A stretch of DNA of 64,000 bases from an uncultured Verrucomicrobiae bacterium (GCA_963702845.1 OY969763.1:3072001-3136000), one strand, 5' to 3'. Positions 53,969-64,000 are shown, counted from the first letter of the stretch. The notes: generated from the sequence alone by a model not told the origin. Translations and numbers: made by a program.

Positions 53969-55678
53969 TTACTGATGCACGCTGATGCTGTAAAAACCGG
54001 CGGTGATGTGGCTCAGGATATTTGTCCAGGAATTCTCCGGGGGCGTGGCAATGAGGTTGGCTGCGCCGGGTAGCGCTGCGAAAGCAGCTGCGCCCGAGGT
54101 TAGGTTCGTCGCACAAAGGACGTCATAAAGTCGGTTGGACACACTCGACCAGTGCAGAACGAATTGCGTGCCCGAAATGACCTGCTTGCTCGTAATTTTA
54201 AAAACTGAATTGGCGTTGGTCGGATTAGTTCCCGCAACATACTCCTGCCGGTTGTTCATCCCATCGCCGTCCGAATCCAGATTGTCGGCGCTGCCATCGG
54301 TCGGCAGGCCGTAAGACGCCAACCAAGTGTGAAACGCCTCGGTTTGCGTCTGAAACGTGAAGCGCGCAACCGTCGAGGTGGCAGACAACCCGTATCCCCA
54401 AATCGCACCCGTGTAATTTTCCGTCGAGGTCGTGCCAATGCCCGATTGGACCCGCACGTCCACCGTTCCCGAGCCTGCAGGCGCAACCGCGGTCACATGG
54501 CCATCGTCGCTAGCGCTCGCCGGCACCTGATTGGTTCCGAACCAGACGGTTAAGCGGCCTGCCGCTCCCGAGAAATTCTGGCCGGTGATTGAGACCGATG
54601 TTCCTGCCACACCTTGCATCGGGCTCACGGACGTCACGGCGGGGCTGAGATCCACCATCTCAAAATTTGTAAACCAAAGGCTTTTTAGCCCATGGACGGT
54701 ATCCTGGATGTCGTTATCGTTCCAGGTAAGGGCGAATCCGTTGGTCGCATTGACCGAATAACTGGCGCCGTTGATGTAGAAAGCCGACCCATTATCGGCA
54801 ACGATTAGTCCGTAATCTTTTAAAGCCTGGGCAACGATCCGGGCTTGCGGATTGAGTGAGGAGATGTCCACGTTGGCTTTCAAGCGGAACCGTGCGCCCA
54901 TCGGCGGTTGAATGGCGCAGTTAGTGCCAGAGTTCGCGACGTGTGAGCCTGGATAAACAAATTGATCCAGGATGATTGAGTTTGGGAGCGTGAACCGAAG
55001 CGCATGATAAATGCCGCCCTGCCCTCCCTGCGCCACTGGCAACGCCTCGTCGGGCCGCGCCAGTCCGGCAAGGATCGAAAGTCCAGCCGCATCCGCTGAG
55101 GTCAATTCCAACGGACGGAAGTAATTGTTTGTCATGTTCCAAAACGTCTCACTATCCGCATGCCACTTGCCATCCGCGTTTTCCGACGGGCGCGACGCGC
55201 GATAAAATTCGTAGGCCACATTGTTGTCTTCGTCCCAGAGCAGCAGATGTGAATCGCCCCGAGTGTCGACGCCGACCGTCGGCGCAGTCTGCATATCGCC
55301 TTCAATTACGGCGTTGGCAGGAATGGGGGCATCGAGCAAATCGCTGTCGCCGGCGTACGCATCGATTACAACGTGAACCTTCGGGGTAGCGTTGCCGTGA
55401 ACGACGTTGTAAGGAATGCCATACAAATCAGTGTTGGCGAGCCTTTGGTCCTGCCCGAAATCGGGGTGGAGATGACCGTTTCCGTATCTGTTAACGATGT
55501 TGCTTATGATTACGTCCGAATTGGTCGCGGCAGGCGCCTGGGAAAGCTTTTGGTTCCACGGATAATCGGCGGGAAAAAGATTCGACCCCAGCAGCGCACC
55601 ACAAGCCGGTATGATCGGCGCGGCCAGCACGCAGACACAGAGAAAACTAAGAAGAAGGACTCGGCTTGGCCGGTGCAT
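53969..55678 (-). CDS. Secreted protein: uncharacterised N-terminal domain + IPT/TIG domain + TSP3-like DxDGDG motif + C-terminal F[YF]x domain
   Basis: Signal peptide; PAVTSVSPMQGVAGTSVSITGQNF (IPT); DSDGDGMNNRQEYVAGTNP. Confidence 0.8.
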   Translation of the reverse strand: MHRPSRVLLLSFLCVCVLAAPIIPACGALLGSNLFPADYPWNQKLSQAPAATNSDVIISNIVNRYGNGHLHPDFGQDQRLANTDLYGIPYNVVHGNATPKVHVVIDAYAGDSDLLDAPIPANAVIEGDMQTAPTVGVDTRGDSHLLLWDEDNNVAYEFYRASRPSENADGKWHADSETFWNMTNNYFRPLELTSADAAGLSILAGLARPDEALPVAQGGQGGIYHALRFTLPNSIILDQFVYPGSHVANSGTNCAIQPPMGARFRLKANVDISSLNPQARIVAQALKDYGLIVADNGSAFYINGASYSVNATNGFALTWNDNDIQDTVHGLKSLWFTNFEMVDLSPAVTSVSPMQGVAGTSVSITGQNFSGAAGRLTVWFGTNQVPASASDDGHVTAVAPAGSGTVDVRVQSGIGTTSTENYTGAIWGYGLSATSTVARFTFQTQTEAFHTWLASYGLPTDGSADNLDSDGDGMNNRQEYVAGTNPTNANSVFKITSKQVISGTQFVLHWSSVSNRLYDVLCATNLTSGAAAFAALPGAANLIATPPENSWTNILSHITAGFYSISVHQ

Positions 55679-56011
55679 CTCGTGAGTATAACCAAAAAAC
55701 GATGGAGCAAAAGCACCCACCCTGCCGAAGCCAGCACCCTTAATGCCATTATCACTGCAATTCTTCTTTAGCATTCCCGCCTAGAACCTTAACTGAAAGG
55801 AAATTGCTTTTGACGCTGGCGCGGTTAATTCGCTCGGTAAGCGAATCAGCCCAGTGCACTCACCACCGTTACGCGACTTTGTATGCATTGTATCGCGCGA
55901 AATGGAAGGCGTCGGGCGTCGGATCAAGTAATGGGGTGGAAATGTCATCCAGAGACTCAAACGAAAGGAGGATTCCAAGTTCGCGGCAGTATTCTTAGGA
56001 TTTTTTGAGTT

Positions 56012-56192
56012 TCAGAGCGTATAAAAAAATGCTGTGTCCATTCGGCTGAGCAGAGGGGAGAGCGGTCTTTTTGAATTTTGACTTCGTTTCGACTCAGTCA
56101 CAGACCGCTGCGGGTATGCTCCTTCGTTAAAGCCTCGCCAAAATCCAAAAATCCTCGCTCCGAACGGCTACAGAATTTTTTTATACGCTCTA
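56012..56192. mobile_element. MITE (~181 bp, non-coding)
   Basis: 22-bp terminal inverted repeats AGAGCGTATAAAAAAAT(G/T)CTGT (21/22); flanking GAGTT direct repeat; internal IR TTTTTGAATTTTG/CAAAATCCAAAAA; absent from the equivalent site of RNA copy 1. Confidence 0.8.
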
Positions 56193-56328
56193 GAGTTATA
56201 TAGCGGCGCGTTTTCACGCATCGCTTAAACCCTCTCTCACCGAGAAAGGCCCGAATGGCGGGGGCGCTGCATTCCACCGGAATGAGTTGGCCGGTTCGAT
56301 CGAACCCTGCACCGCAGAGCTGATTGAC
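56193..56328 (-). ncRNA. Structured C-GGU-G RNA, copy 2
   Basis: Near-identical to copy 1; first hairpin varies to AGCUCUGC-GGU-GCAGGGUU, with substitutions that keep pairing via G-U. Confidence 0.7.
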
Positions 56329-56796
56329 AGGAGAAAAATATAATATGGGTAAGAAAATGCAAGACTGTGCCGCGCGAATTCCCAGAAATAGTGGAGGGGT
56401 AGTGGGCGAGTAGTGAGTGAAAGGAACAGGAGCAAACGGAGGGAACGGAGGTGCTGGCGTGCAGCCAGGGTGGCATGAGATGCATTACTGGAACGACCGG
56501 GGCTGAATGAAGATGCGAAAAACCCGCGGCGCGGGCAGAAAGTGCAGCGAACCATTCGCCGGCCAAGGGAGTCCTATGTCAAAAACCGGGTTATTTTGCC
56601 CGAACAACAACCGGCGTCGCTGGGTAGGCTGGACTGAGGAGTGGTTTCACTCAGTCTGGATGAACACTAAGGAACCAAAGCATCTGCTGGTTGATATCAT
56701 TAACACTGGTGAGCGCGCACCTCATCCGCCACTCAGCCTCGTTAACCCAGCACCGGTAGTCGCGCTTTCGAACCGTGCCGAACACCCTGTGCCGGT

Positions 56797-57084
56797 TCAG
56801 CCTGCGCTCAAATCTTCCATCGCACCATAGAACGATATCTCCGGTTTGCCGACGACACCAGCCCCCGCCATCGCCTTCCGCAGCTCTGCGGATTTGATGA
56901 ATTTTTTCAATCGCGCGGTGGTATCCCACTCGCACCAGACCAGTAGGTCGTTTGGACTCTTGCTGCCGCGGCAAACATAAAAACTTTTCTCCCCGGACGC
57001 CTTGCGAACGGCAGCGAAGGTTTTGACCTCCCGTTTCCACTTCGCGTAATTGGCGACCTTGTGCTGAATCATGACGTATGGCAT
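56797..57084 (-). CDS. Small ABM/cyclase-like dimeric alpha+beta barrel protein
   Basis: HKVANYAKWK, R..SG, PNDLLV..EW, SAELRKAMAGAGVVGKP; GAAAGG RBS. Confidence 0.75.
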   Translation of the reverse strand: MPYVMIQHKVANYAKWKREVKTFAAVRKASGEKSFYVCRGSKSPNDLLVWCEWDTTARLKKFIKSAELRKAMAGAGVVGKPEISFYGAMEDLSAG

Positions 57085-57598
57085 GTCGTACCTTTCGGTT
57101 AATGTGTTGTGCTACCAAGTGCGGCTAAACGGCAAACGCGCCGTCCCCCCGGGTGAACATGTGCGAGCTCCTTCCGTCTGTCCAATCAAACTTGGTCTGG
57201 ACTCGCTCGAGAGCTTCAGCTTACTAGCATGAATCCTGCACGGCCAAAATATTCAGCCTAAGGAACCATCGAACTTGAAATCCCCAATGGGGCCGCTGTT
57301 TCAATTCCGGACTGGCGGCTCAGAACTGCAATGATTTATTTCCAATGGTTAGAGGACCAGTTCGCTCCAGGCTGTATCAAACCCTCTACCGCGCAAGAGG
57401 ACAAAAAGCAAAATCCTGCTATGAGGGACGGCAACTTGTTTCTTTGATGTTGTTTAGTTTTCTTGCGACATGAGTTAGAGGGTGAAGTTCAATTTGGCAG
57501 ATGGAATGGAACGGAGGAGGCCGGGCAACCGTGGGTCCCGGTTCCGAATCGGGATCATCATCAAGTCACCGTGCGAGGGCGCGTGATGCTGGCTTGTT

Positions 57599-57692
57599 GC
57601 TTAAACCCTCTCTCACCGAGAAAGGCCCGAATGGCGGGGGCGCTGCATTCCACCGGAATGAGTTGGGCGGTCAACCCAAACCGAGCCGATCC
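57599..57692 (-). ncRNA. Structured C-GGU-G RNA, copy 3 (conserved core, divergent flanks)
   Basis: 57599-57666 is identical to the copy 2 core; the 5' hairpin is replaced by GGaUCGGCUC-GGUUU-GGGUUGACC. Confidence 0.65.
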
Positions 57693-57756
57693 GAAGGACT
57701 TGTTACTTTCGCTTTAGCTCGTTTGCATGCTGAACAGTAGAAAAAAGTTCGTGTTC

Positions 57757-60700
57757 TCATTTGTTTTCAGTCCCACGCGTTGAATCACTACTCCGTTCGA
57801 AAATCAGGTAGAGGACCGGCAGCACAATGAGCGTGAGGAGCGTGGCTGAAACCAAGCCGCCTATAATGACAACGGCTAACGGCCGTTGTGTTTCGGAGCC
57901 AATCCCGTGCGAGAGCGCCATCGGCAACAGCCCAAGCATCGCCAATAATGCCGTCATCAGCACCGTTCGCAGCCGTGTCGCGGCGCCTTCCATGATTGCC
58001 TCATAGAGGGAGACACCTTCATCCCGAAGCTGGTTGAAATAACTGACCATGACCACGCCGTTGAGGACGGCCTGGCCGAAAAGCGCAATAAAACCGATCG
58101 CCGCCGAAACGCTTAACGGGATGCCGGTGAGCAGCAAGGCAAGTACTCCACCGATCAAACCAAGCGGCACGTTTACCAAAATCAGCAGCGCACTTTTGAC
58201 GGATTTGAACGCATCAAATAGCAGCACAAAAATCAGGAACGTGCTAATCGGAACAATGAGAGCGAGGCGTTTCATCGCCCGTTGCTGGTTTTCAAATTCC
58301 CCACTCCAACTCACAAACCAGCCCCGCGGAAGCGACGTTTTTTGCAAACGAGCCTGCATATCGGCCACGACGCTGCCCATGTCGCGTCCTTTGATGAAGA
58401 TGCTGATAGCCGAGAGCCGCGTCCCGTTTTCGCGGCTGATGTTCATGCTGCCGCCGGTTTCCTTGAACACAGCCACTTGTTCGAGCGGGATGTGGAGACC
58501 ATCTGGCGTGTCCACGAGGATTTTTTTCAAGTTGGCCAGGCTGCGCTCAGCCTCGGGCAGTCGCACAACGATACTGAAGTGCTGTTCCCCTTCCCACAAC
58601 TCAGTGGCGGCTTTTCCGGCAAGGCCGATTTCGATCACGTCCTCGATATCGCCGACATTGAGCCCATACCGAGAAGCACTCTCACGATCAATTTCAATGA
58701 GCGCCTGGGGCACTTCCCCGGCGCGATCGACAACCGCCGTTTCAACGCCAGGAATATCGGCAATAGCCTTCACCATCTCTTGCGCTTTACGGCGCAAGGC
58801 AGCGGAATCATCGCCGAACACTTTGATCACGACCTGCCCGTCAATCTGCGAAATGCTCTCCAGCACATTGTCGCGGATAGGTTGTGAAAAACTGATTTCA
58901 ACTCCCGGCAAACTTTCAAGATTCCGCCCCATCTCCTGGATGACCGCTTCCTTGCTGAGCCCGCGTTTCCATTCGCCGGGCGGCTTTAAATCCACAAAAG
59001 TCTCCGCCATATTAATCGACTTCGGATCAGTCCCGTCTTCCGGCCGTCCTGCTTTGGAAATGACCGTGCCGACTTCGGGCGTCTTGCGAATGAGCTCGCG
59101 CATCTTCGGCAATACACCCGCGCCTGCTCGACCGAAATACCCGGGGGCAGATTGGCGTTAACCCAAATCTTTCCTTCGTTCAGCTCGGGCAAAAATTCCG
59201 TGCCGAGCCTGGTAGCCATCACCAGGCTGGCGACAAACACCCCCAACGCGGCAATGAGGACAAACTTTGGATGGGCCATCGCACGCCGGAGGACAGCCAA
59301 ATACGGCTTCTTAATGGACCGCACGAGCGCGTTTTCCGTGTGCGGAATATTTTTCCGCAGCAAAAACATGCAGAGCAAGGGCACCAACGTGAGCGAAAAC
59401 AGCAGCGACCCGGCCAACGCACTGGTCACAGTCCATGCCATGGGGGCAAAAATCCGGCCTTCATGACGTTGCAATGTGAAAATCGGGATATGCGCGGCGA
59501 TAATGATGAGCATGGAAAAGAACGTTGGCCGGCCAACCTCAATCGTCGCCTGTTCAATCGCCTCGCGGAAAGTTCTTTTGTCACCGCTTTGCTTCAATTC
59601 ACCAAGACGCCGGAAGACATTCTCAACAACGATCACTGCACCATCCACAATAATGCCAAAGTCCATCGCTCCCAGAGAAAGCAAATTAGCCGGTATCCCT
59701 CGCCAACTCAGCCCAATGAAAGTGGCCAACAAAGACAGCGGGATCATAAGTGCAACGATGGCGGCAGCGCGGAAGTTGCCCAGAAACAGCAGCAAAACGA
59801 ATGTCACGAGAATCGCGCCCTCCGCCAGATTCTTGAAAACGGTATGAAGCGTTGTGTCAATCAACCACGTGCGGTCGTAATAAGGAACAATTGTGACACC
59901 TTTCGGGAGGATAGACGTATTGAGCAGCTCAATCTTCGCCTTCAGCGCCTAAGCACATCCGAAGGATTTTCGCCTTTGCGCATGAGGACGATTCCCGAGA
60001 CAATATCATCTGTGTCGTCCTGCCCGATAATCCCTTCCATCGGCAAATGGCCCAATCGTAATGTCCGCAATGTCCCTTGATCAAAATCGGTGTCGCCGCC
60101 CCGGCTGGTGATGACGATGTTGCTTATATCATCAGGAGAGCGAAGAAGACCGACACCACGAATGATATACTGCTGTGAACCCTGCGTCACTTTGCTTCCG
60201 CCCACATTGGCATTGCCGCGGCCCAACGCGGTAATAGGGTTGCTGCAGCGTAATACCATAGTACGCGCATCCGACCGAGGCTGGGGTTGACTTCATACGT
60301 TTTACCAAGCCCGCCAAGAGTCACGACATCGGCAACACCTGGCACGCCGCGCAGGTTTCGCTCCACAACCCAATCTTCAAGCGTGCGCAAATCCCGCGTT
60401 GTATAACCTCGGGGCCATTCAGGGTGTAGCGGTAGATTTCGCCGATCGCGGTAGAGAGCGGCGCCAGTTGCGGTTGGACGCCTTGAGGCAAATCAGCTGT
60501 CGTAAGCCGTTCGAGCACTTGCTGGCGCGCCTGCCTATCAGTCGTTCGGTCATCAAAAGTCAGCATGATGAACGAGAGACCAAACTGCGTGTGTGAAAAC
60601 ATCCGCACCATGTGCGGCAGACCATTCAATACTGTTTCAAGCGGCATCGTGACCTGCTTCTCCACTTCTTCCGGAGCGCGGCCCGTATAAAGCGTGATGA

Positions 60701-60845
60701 CGTTGACCTGAATATCCGATACGTCAGGAAACGCCTCGATCGGCAAGCTGTGAAATGCCGCGAGACCACCACCGATAAAAAGAACCGCCATCAGCACGAT
60801 GAACAGCGGCTGATGCAGGGCAAAACTGACGACGCGTTTAATCAT
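57757..60845 (-). CDS. CusA/CzcA family RND efflux transporter with five or more frameshifts (assembly artefact or pseudogene)
   Basis: LPIEAFPDV, APEEVEKQVT, ANLLSLGAMDFGIIVDGAV, EGRIFAPMA, GTEFLPELNEG, GFIALFGQAVLNG, RLRTVLMT, GSETQRPLA spread over several frames. Confidence 0.85.
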
Positions 60846-60876
60846 TTGAGTGAAGGGCTGGGAGGAACCGTCATGA

Positions 60877-62010
60877 CTATTCCAGCATCTGTTGAAGCAA
60901 GACGCAGCCGTCGGTGACGACTTGCTGACCCGGTTGCAGACCGCTTACAATACGAACAAGTCCGTCCTGCTCGGTGCCAATCGCGACCTGCTGCCGTTTG
61001 AATTGGGTGTGAGCTTCTTCGACAAAGACGTAGTGCTTTTCACCTTTCAGGAAAACCGCCTTTGACGGTACAGTTAAGACAGACACTCCACTCCCTGGCA
61101 GGTTTACGGTGACGAACATCTCCGCTTTGAGCGACCCGCCGTCATTGTTCACCGTGCCTCGGACTTTGATCGTGCGTGTGCCGGGGTCGATGAATTGCGA
61201 AACATGGTCCACACGTCCCGTAAAGGTCTGGTTTGGGAACGCCCGGCTGATGAATGTAAACTCCCGGCCCCGCTCTAATCGCGACAGATCAACTTCCGTT
61301 GCATCGATTTGAATCCACAATTTCGACGGATTACTTACGACAAACAGCGGCGAAAAAAATTGCGGCGCGTTCGCCAGCATTTGGTCAGGACGGATTTCCT
61401 GTCCGGGATTGATATTCTTTTCGACGATCGTTCCGGCAATGGGGCTTTTCAGGACGAAAACTCCATCAACCGAATCCGCATTCGCGCCATAAGCGACCAA
61501 TTTGGATAGCGTTCGTGCGCGTTCCGATTGCGCGCGAGCTTCATCCGCCTCGCTGGCTTCGACGTCCTTTTGCGGAGCAGCGCCGTGTGCAAACAATTCA
61601 CGCACACGCTTCATGTTGCGCTCCGCTAATTGCAGATCACTTTCAGCTTTGCGCGCCTCCGCCTGCGCCTGGCCGAAATCCGGCGACTCGACTTCTGCCA
61701 GTGGTGCACCTTTCTCGACTGTCTCTCCCGGATGAGCGAAAATTTTACGCACACGCCCAGCGAACGGTGTGAAAATGTGCACCGTCACCTCGTCATTCCA
61801 AACGAGCCGGCCAAAAAGCGCGGTGCTTGTGGGAGGACGCGAATCAACGGGTTTAACCTCCAAGGAAGTCAGTTGCGGCGACTCCGCCGGAAAAGTGATG
61901 CTCTCGTCGGCAACCTTGGGCTCGGCTGCTTGCTCTTCTTTCATCTCGCGATGGCAACCTGCAACCAGGCTTGCCAGCAGCAATGAACTCATCAAATGGA
62001 TCGTTTTCAT
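60877..62010 (-). CDS. RND efflux periplasmic adaptor (CzcB-like) lipoprotein
   Basis: Lipobox VAGC; FAGRV, LKSPIAGTIVE, IDPGTRTIKVR, LKAEMF, SGLQPGQQVV. Confidence 0.9.
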   Translation of the reverse strand: MKTIHLMSSLLLASLVAGCHREMKEEQAAEPKVADESITFPAESPQLTSLEVKPVDSRPPTSTALFGRLVWNDEVTVHIFTPFAGRVRKIFAHPGETVEKGAPLAEVESPDFGQAQAEARKAESDLQLAERNMKRVRELFAHGAAPQKDVEASEADEARAQSERARTLSKLVAYGANADSVDGVFVLKSPIAGTIVEKNINPGQEIRPDQMLANAPQFFSPLFVVSNPSKLWIQIDATEVDLSRLERGREFTFISRAFPNQTFTGRVDHVSQFIDPGTRTIKVRGTVNNDGGSLKAEMFVTVNLPGSGVSVLTVPSKAVFLKGEKHYVFVEEAHTQFKRQQVAIGTEQDGLVRIVSGLQPGQQVVTDGCVLLQQMLE

Positions 62011-63329
62011 TTTGTTCGTGTGGCTATCACCTCTGTCGCGGCTTTGAATGCGGCGGCGGCGGTGGCGGCGTCATTTGCAGCCTGAATCGCTGCCAGGCGG
62101 ACGGTGTTGTCGTCTCGTTCCGCTGAGAGCAAATCGAGCAATGAAGCGCCGCCTTTTTCATAAGCAAAGACAACCGTCTTGCGAATTTGGCCGGATTTGG
62201 GACGAAGCTGGTCGCGGTAGCTTTGCCAGCGCGTGAAAGCGCTTTCGTAAGTATGCCGCGTGGTCGCGATCTCCGCGGCGATCTGCGCTGCTACTTTCTC
62301 CATCTGTGTTTGGGCCTGTTCGCGCGCGGCTTCAGCAGCCTTTATCGCGCCGCGATTCCGGTTCCACAACGGCAAAGGAAAACTCAGACCAAACCCGATC
62401 GTGTTCGGCATCGACGGTGGCTGGTGCTCGTATTGAGCAAACAAAGTTGGATCGGGAATGCGTTGCGCTTTTTGCAGGTGCAAATCCGCCTCCGATTTCT
62501 TCAATGCCTGTGCCGCCGCGATCAGATCTGCGCGATTTCCCACAGCCTCCGTTCCGCCGGTCGCAACCACGGCGCTGGCGAGATCCTCCAGATCGTCAGT
62601 CAGCGTAGCTTTTCCCGCTGCCTTCGAAACGCCGAGGAGCAATTCGAGGTTGATCAGCGCTATCTTCGCCGTCGTTTCAGCTGACCGCGCGTCCAACTCA
62701 AATTGTTGCGCAGTGATTTCGATGCGGCTTTTATCCGCCGTGGAAATATCCCCGGCCGTCAATCGAGCAGCAGCAATATCCGCTTCACGACGCAGGCTCG
62801 CGGCCGATTCCCGGAAGACCAGAACGTTTGCGTTCGCCTGGTCGGCCGCCGAGTAAGCGTTGGCCACCGCGAGATCGAGTTTACGTCGGGCATCGGCAAG
62901 ACGAGCCCGCGCACTTTCGATCCCTGCCTGCGCTGAAAGTTGGCGACTCTTCCGTTTGCCGCCGATCTCAAAAAGCTGATTAATGGCCGCGACCGAATCG
63001 TAATCGCGCGACCAGAACGAGCCGCCTTGATTGGGATACTTTCCGTCGACGCTGACCTGTGTCACGGATACGCTCAACGAAGGATTGGGAAATTCCCTGG
63101 AAATTATTTTTTGCGCAGTGGCAATGCCCACATCACTTTTCGCGGCCAGCAGGTCCCAATTGCGCTCAAACGCAATCCTTTGCGCATCGGCGAGGGAAAG
63201 CCGCTCCAACGCGCCTGAGCCGACAGCATCCATGGCGGTTGTCTGTTGATCTCCTTGCGAGGCGAACGCACATAACAACAATAATACGGCGACGACTCCT
63301 GGTTGAATCCGATCCGGAAAAAACTTCAT
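62007..63329 (-). CDS. TolC family outer-membrane efflux protein (CzcC-like)
   Basis: FPNPSL, QLFEIGGKRKSR, LPLWNRNRG, AYEKGGASLLDLL. Confidence 0.9.
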   Translation of the reverse strand: MKFFPDRIQPGVVAVLLLLCAFASQGDQQTTAMDAVGSGALERLSLADAQRIAFERNWDLLAAKSDVGIATAQKIISREFPNPSLSVSVTQVSVDGKYPNQGGSFWSRDYDSVAAINQLFEIGGKRKSRQLSAQAGIESARARLADARRKLDLAVANAYSAADQANANVLVFRESAASLRREADIAAARLTAGDISTADKSRIEITAQQFELDARSAETTAKIALINLELLLGVSKAAGKATLTDDLEDLASAVVATGGTEAVGNRADLIAAAQALKKSEADLHLQKAQRIPDPTLFAQYEHQPPSMPNTIGFGLSFPLPLWNRNRGAIKAAEAAREQAQTQMEKVAAQIAAEIATTRHTYESAFTRWQSYRDQLRPKSGQIRKTVVFAYEKGGASLLDLLSAERDDNTVRLAAIQAANDAATAAAAFKAATEVIATRTK

Positions 63330-63424
63330 CTAGCCCTGTCAGGGTAGCGAAGATCCATCGGGTGTCTGTTAGGCGGGGTCTAATTATTTTGTACGGCGAG
63401 GTACTACACGCCAACAGGCACTGA

Positions 63425-64000
63425 TCACCGCGGATGTTTGGCTTCATTCCAGCGAATGGCTTCGCGGAGCAGTTCCGTTGCGCTTTTAAGATTCAGCTTC
63501 TCTTTCACTCGCGCGCAGTATGCCTGGACCGTTTTCATGCTGACGTTCAACGCCTCCGATACCTGCCGTGTTCCAAGCCCTTTTCCGAGCAGATCAAATA
63601 CAGCCATCTCCCGGTCGCTCAGCAGTTCCACCGGCGAAGCGCTTGAGGCGGACTTCCCTTCAATCAGCCGCGCTGTCATGACTTCGCTGACCCTGGGGCT
63701 GATGTAGAGTTTCCCATCCAAAACTTTGCGAATCCCTTCAATTATTTTTTTGGTCGCTTCCCGTTTCATCACGTAGCCCTTTGCACCGGCGCGGATCGCG
63801 CGTTCGGCATAATGCAATTCATCGTGCATCGAAAGGACCAAAACGGCGATTTCCGGATGTGAATTCTTCAAATCCTTGATCAGTTCAATACCCGAAGAGT
63901 TATCCAATGAAATATCCACAATCGCTACCTCAGGTTTACAAACGCTCATCGCCTGCAAGGCTGGAGGAGCACTTTCCGTTTCTCCGCAAACCACGAGATC
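63425..64000 (-). CDS. NarL/LuxR family response regulator (5' end beyond the window)
   Basis: IVDISL, VLSMHDE, GAKGYVMK; HTH LSDREMAVF...KTVQAYCARVKEKL. Confidence 0.92.
   Translation of the reverse strand, partial: DLVVCGETESAPPALQAMSVCKPEVAIVDISLDNSSGIELIKDLKNSHPEIAVLVLSMHDELHYAERAIRAGAKGYVMKREATKKIIEGIRKVLDGKLYISPRVSEVMTARLIEGKSASSASPVELLSDREMAVFDLLGKGLGTRQVSEALNVSMKTVQAYCARVKEKLNLKSATELLREAIRWNEAKHPR

Noticed and set aside
57229..57447. Possible small plus-strand pseudogene with an internal TAA
   Set aside because: The translation resembles no family I recognise, so it cannot be supported.
53482..57692. CRISPR array or tRNA interpretation of the three repeats
   Set aside because: Units are 70-135 bp separated by more than 1 kb, there are no cas genes, and there is no cloverleaf or TTCG(A) T-loop.

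Overview
A 64-kb chromosomal window from a PVC-superphylum bacterium, most likely Verrucomicrobiota. This is inferred from gene content: DUF1549/DUF1553 with DUF1501, a PVC-type CxxCH heme protein, ThuA/DUF1080 and giant repeat-rich secreted proteins. Housekeeping genes include aceB, a GH13-GH133 glycogen debranching enzyme, a CCA-adding enzyme, queD, infA, apaG, tyrA, tRNA-Ser(GGA) and a Ski2-like helicase. Accessory genes include a luxE-MFS-luxC-queD run, a WYL regulator, three large secreted proteins and a CzcCBA/Cus-type RND system. Several genes are broken by single-base frameshifts that look like assembly indels. The most notable signals are: (1) three minus-strand copies of a ~130-nt structured RNA built from hairpins with C-GGU-G loops, each behind its own promoter-like element and alternating with single cargo genes, with a MITE inserted in one copy; (2) a ~3,450-aa secreted protein carrying a SpoIID/LytB-like lytic domain on passenger-type repeats but no autotransporter barrel; (3) a shared ~70-aa C-terminal domain ending F[YF][RS][VLI] on three unrelated secreted proteins, a candidate sorting signal; (4) many TAnnnT-N5-8-start codon (leaderless-type) gene starts; (5) intergenic tandem repeats with 10-11-bp (helical) period. 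All calls are from reading the sequence; no database search was run.
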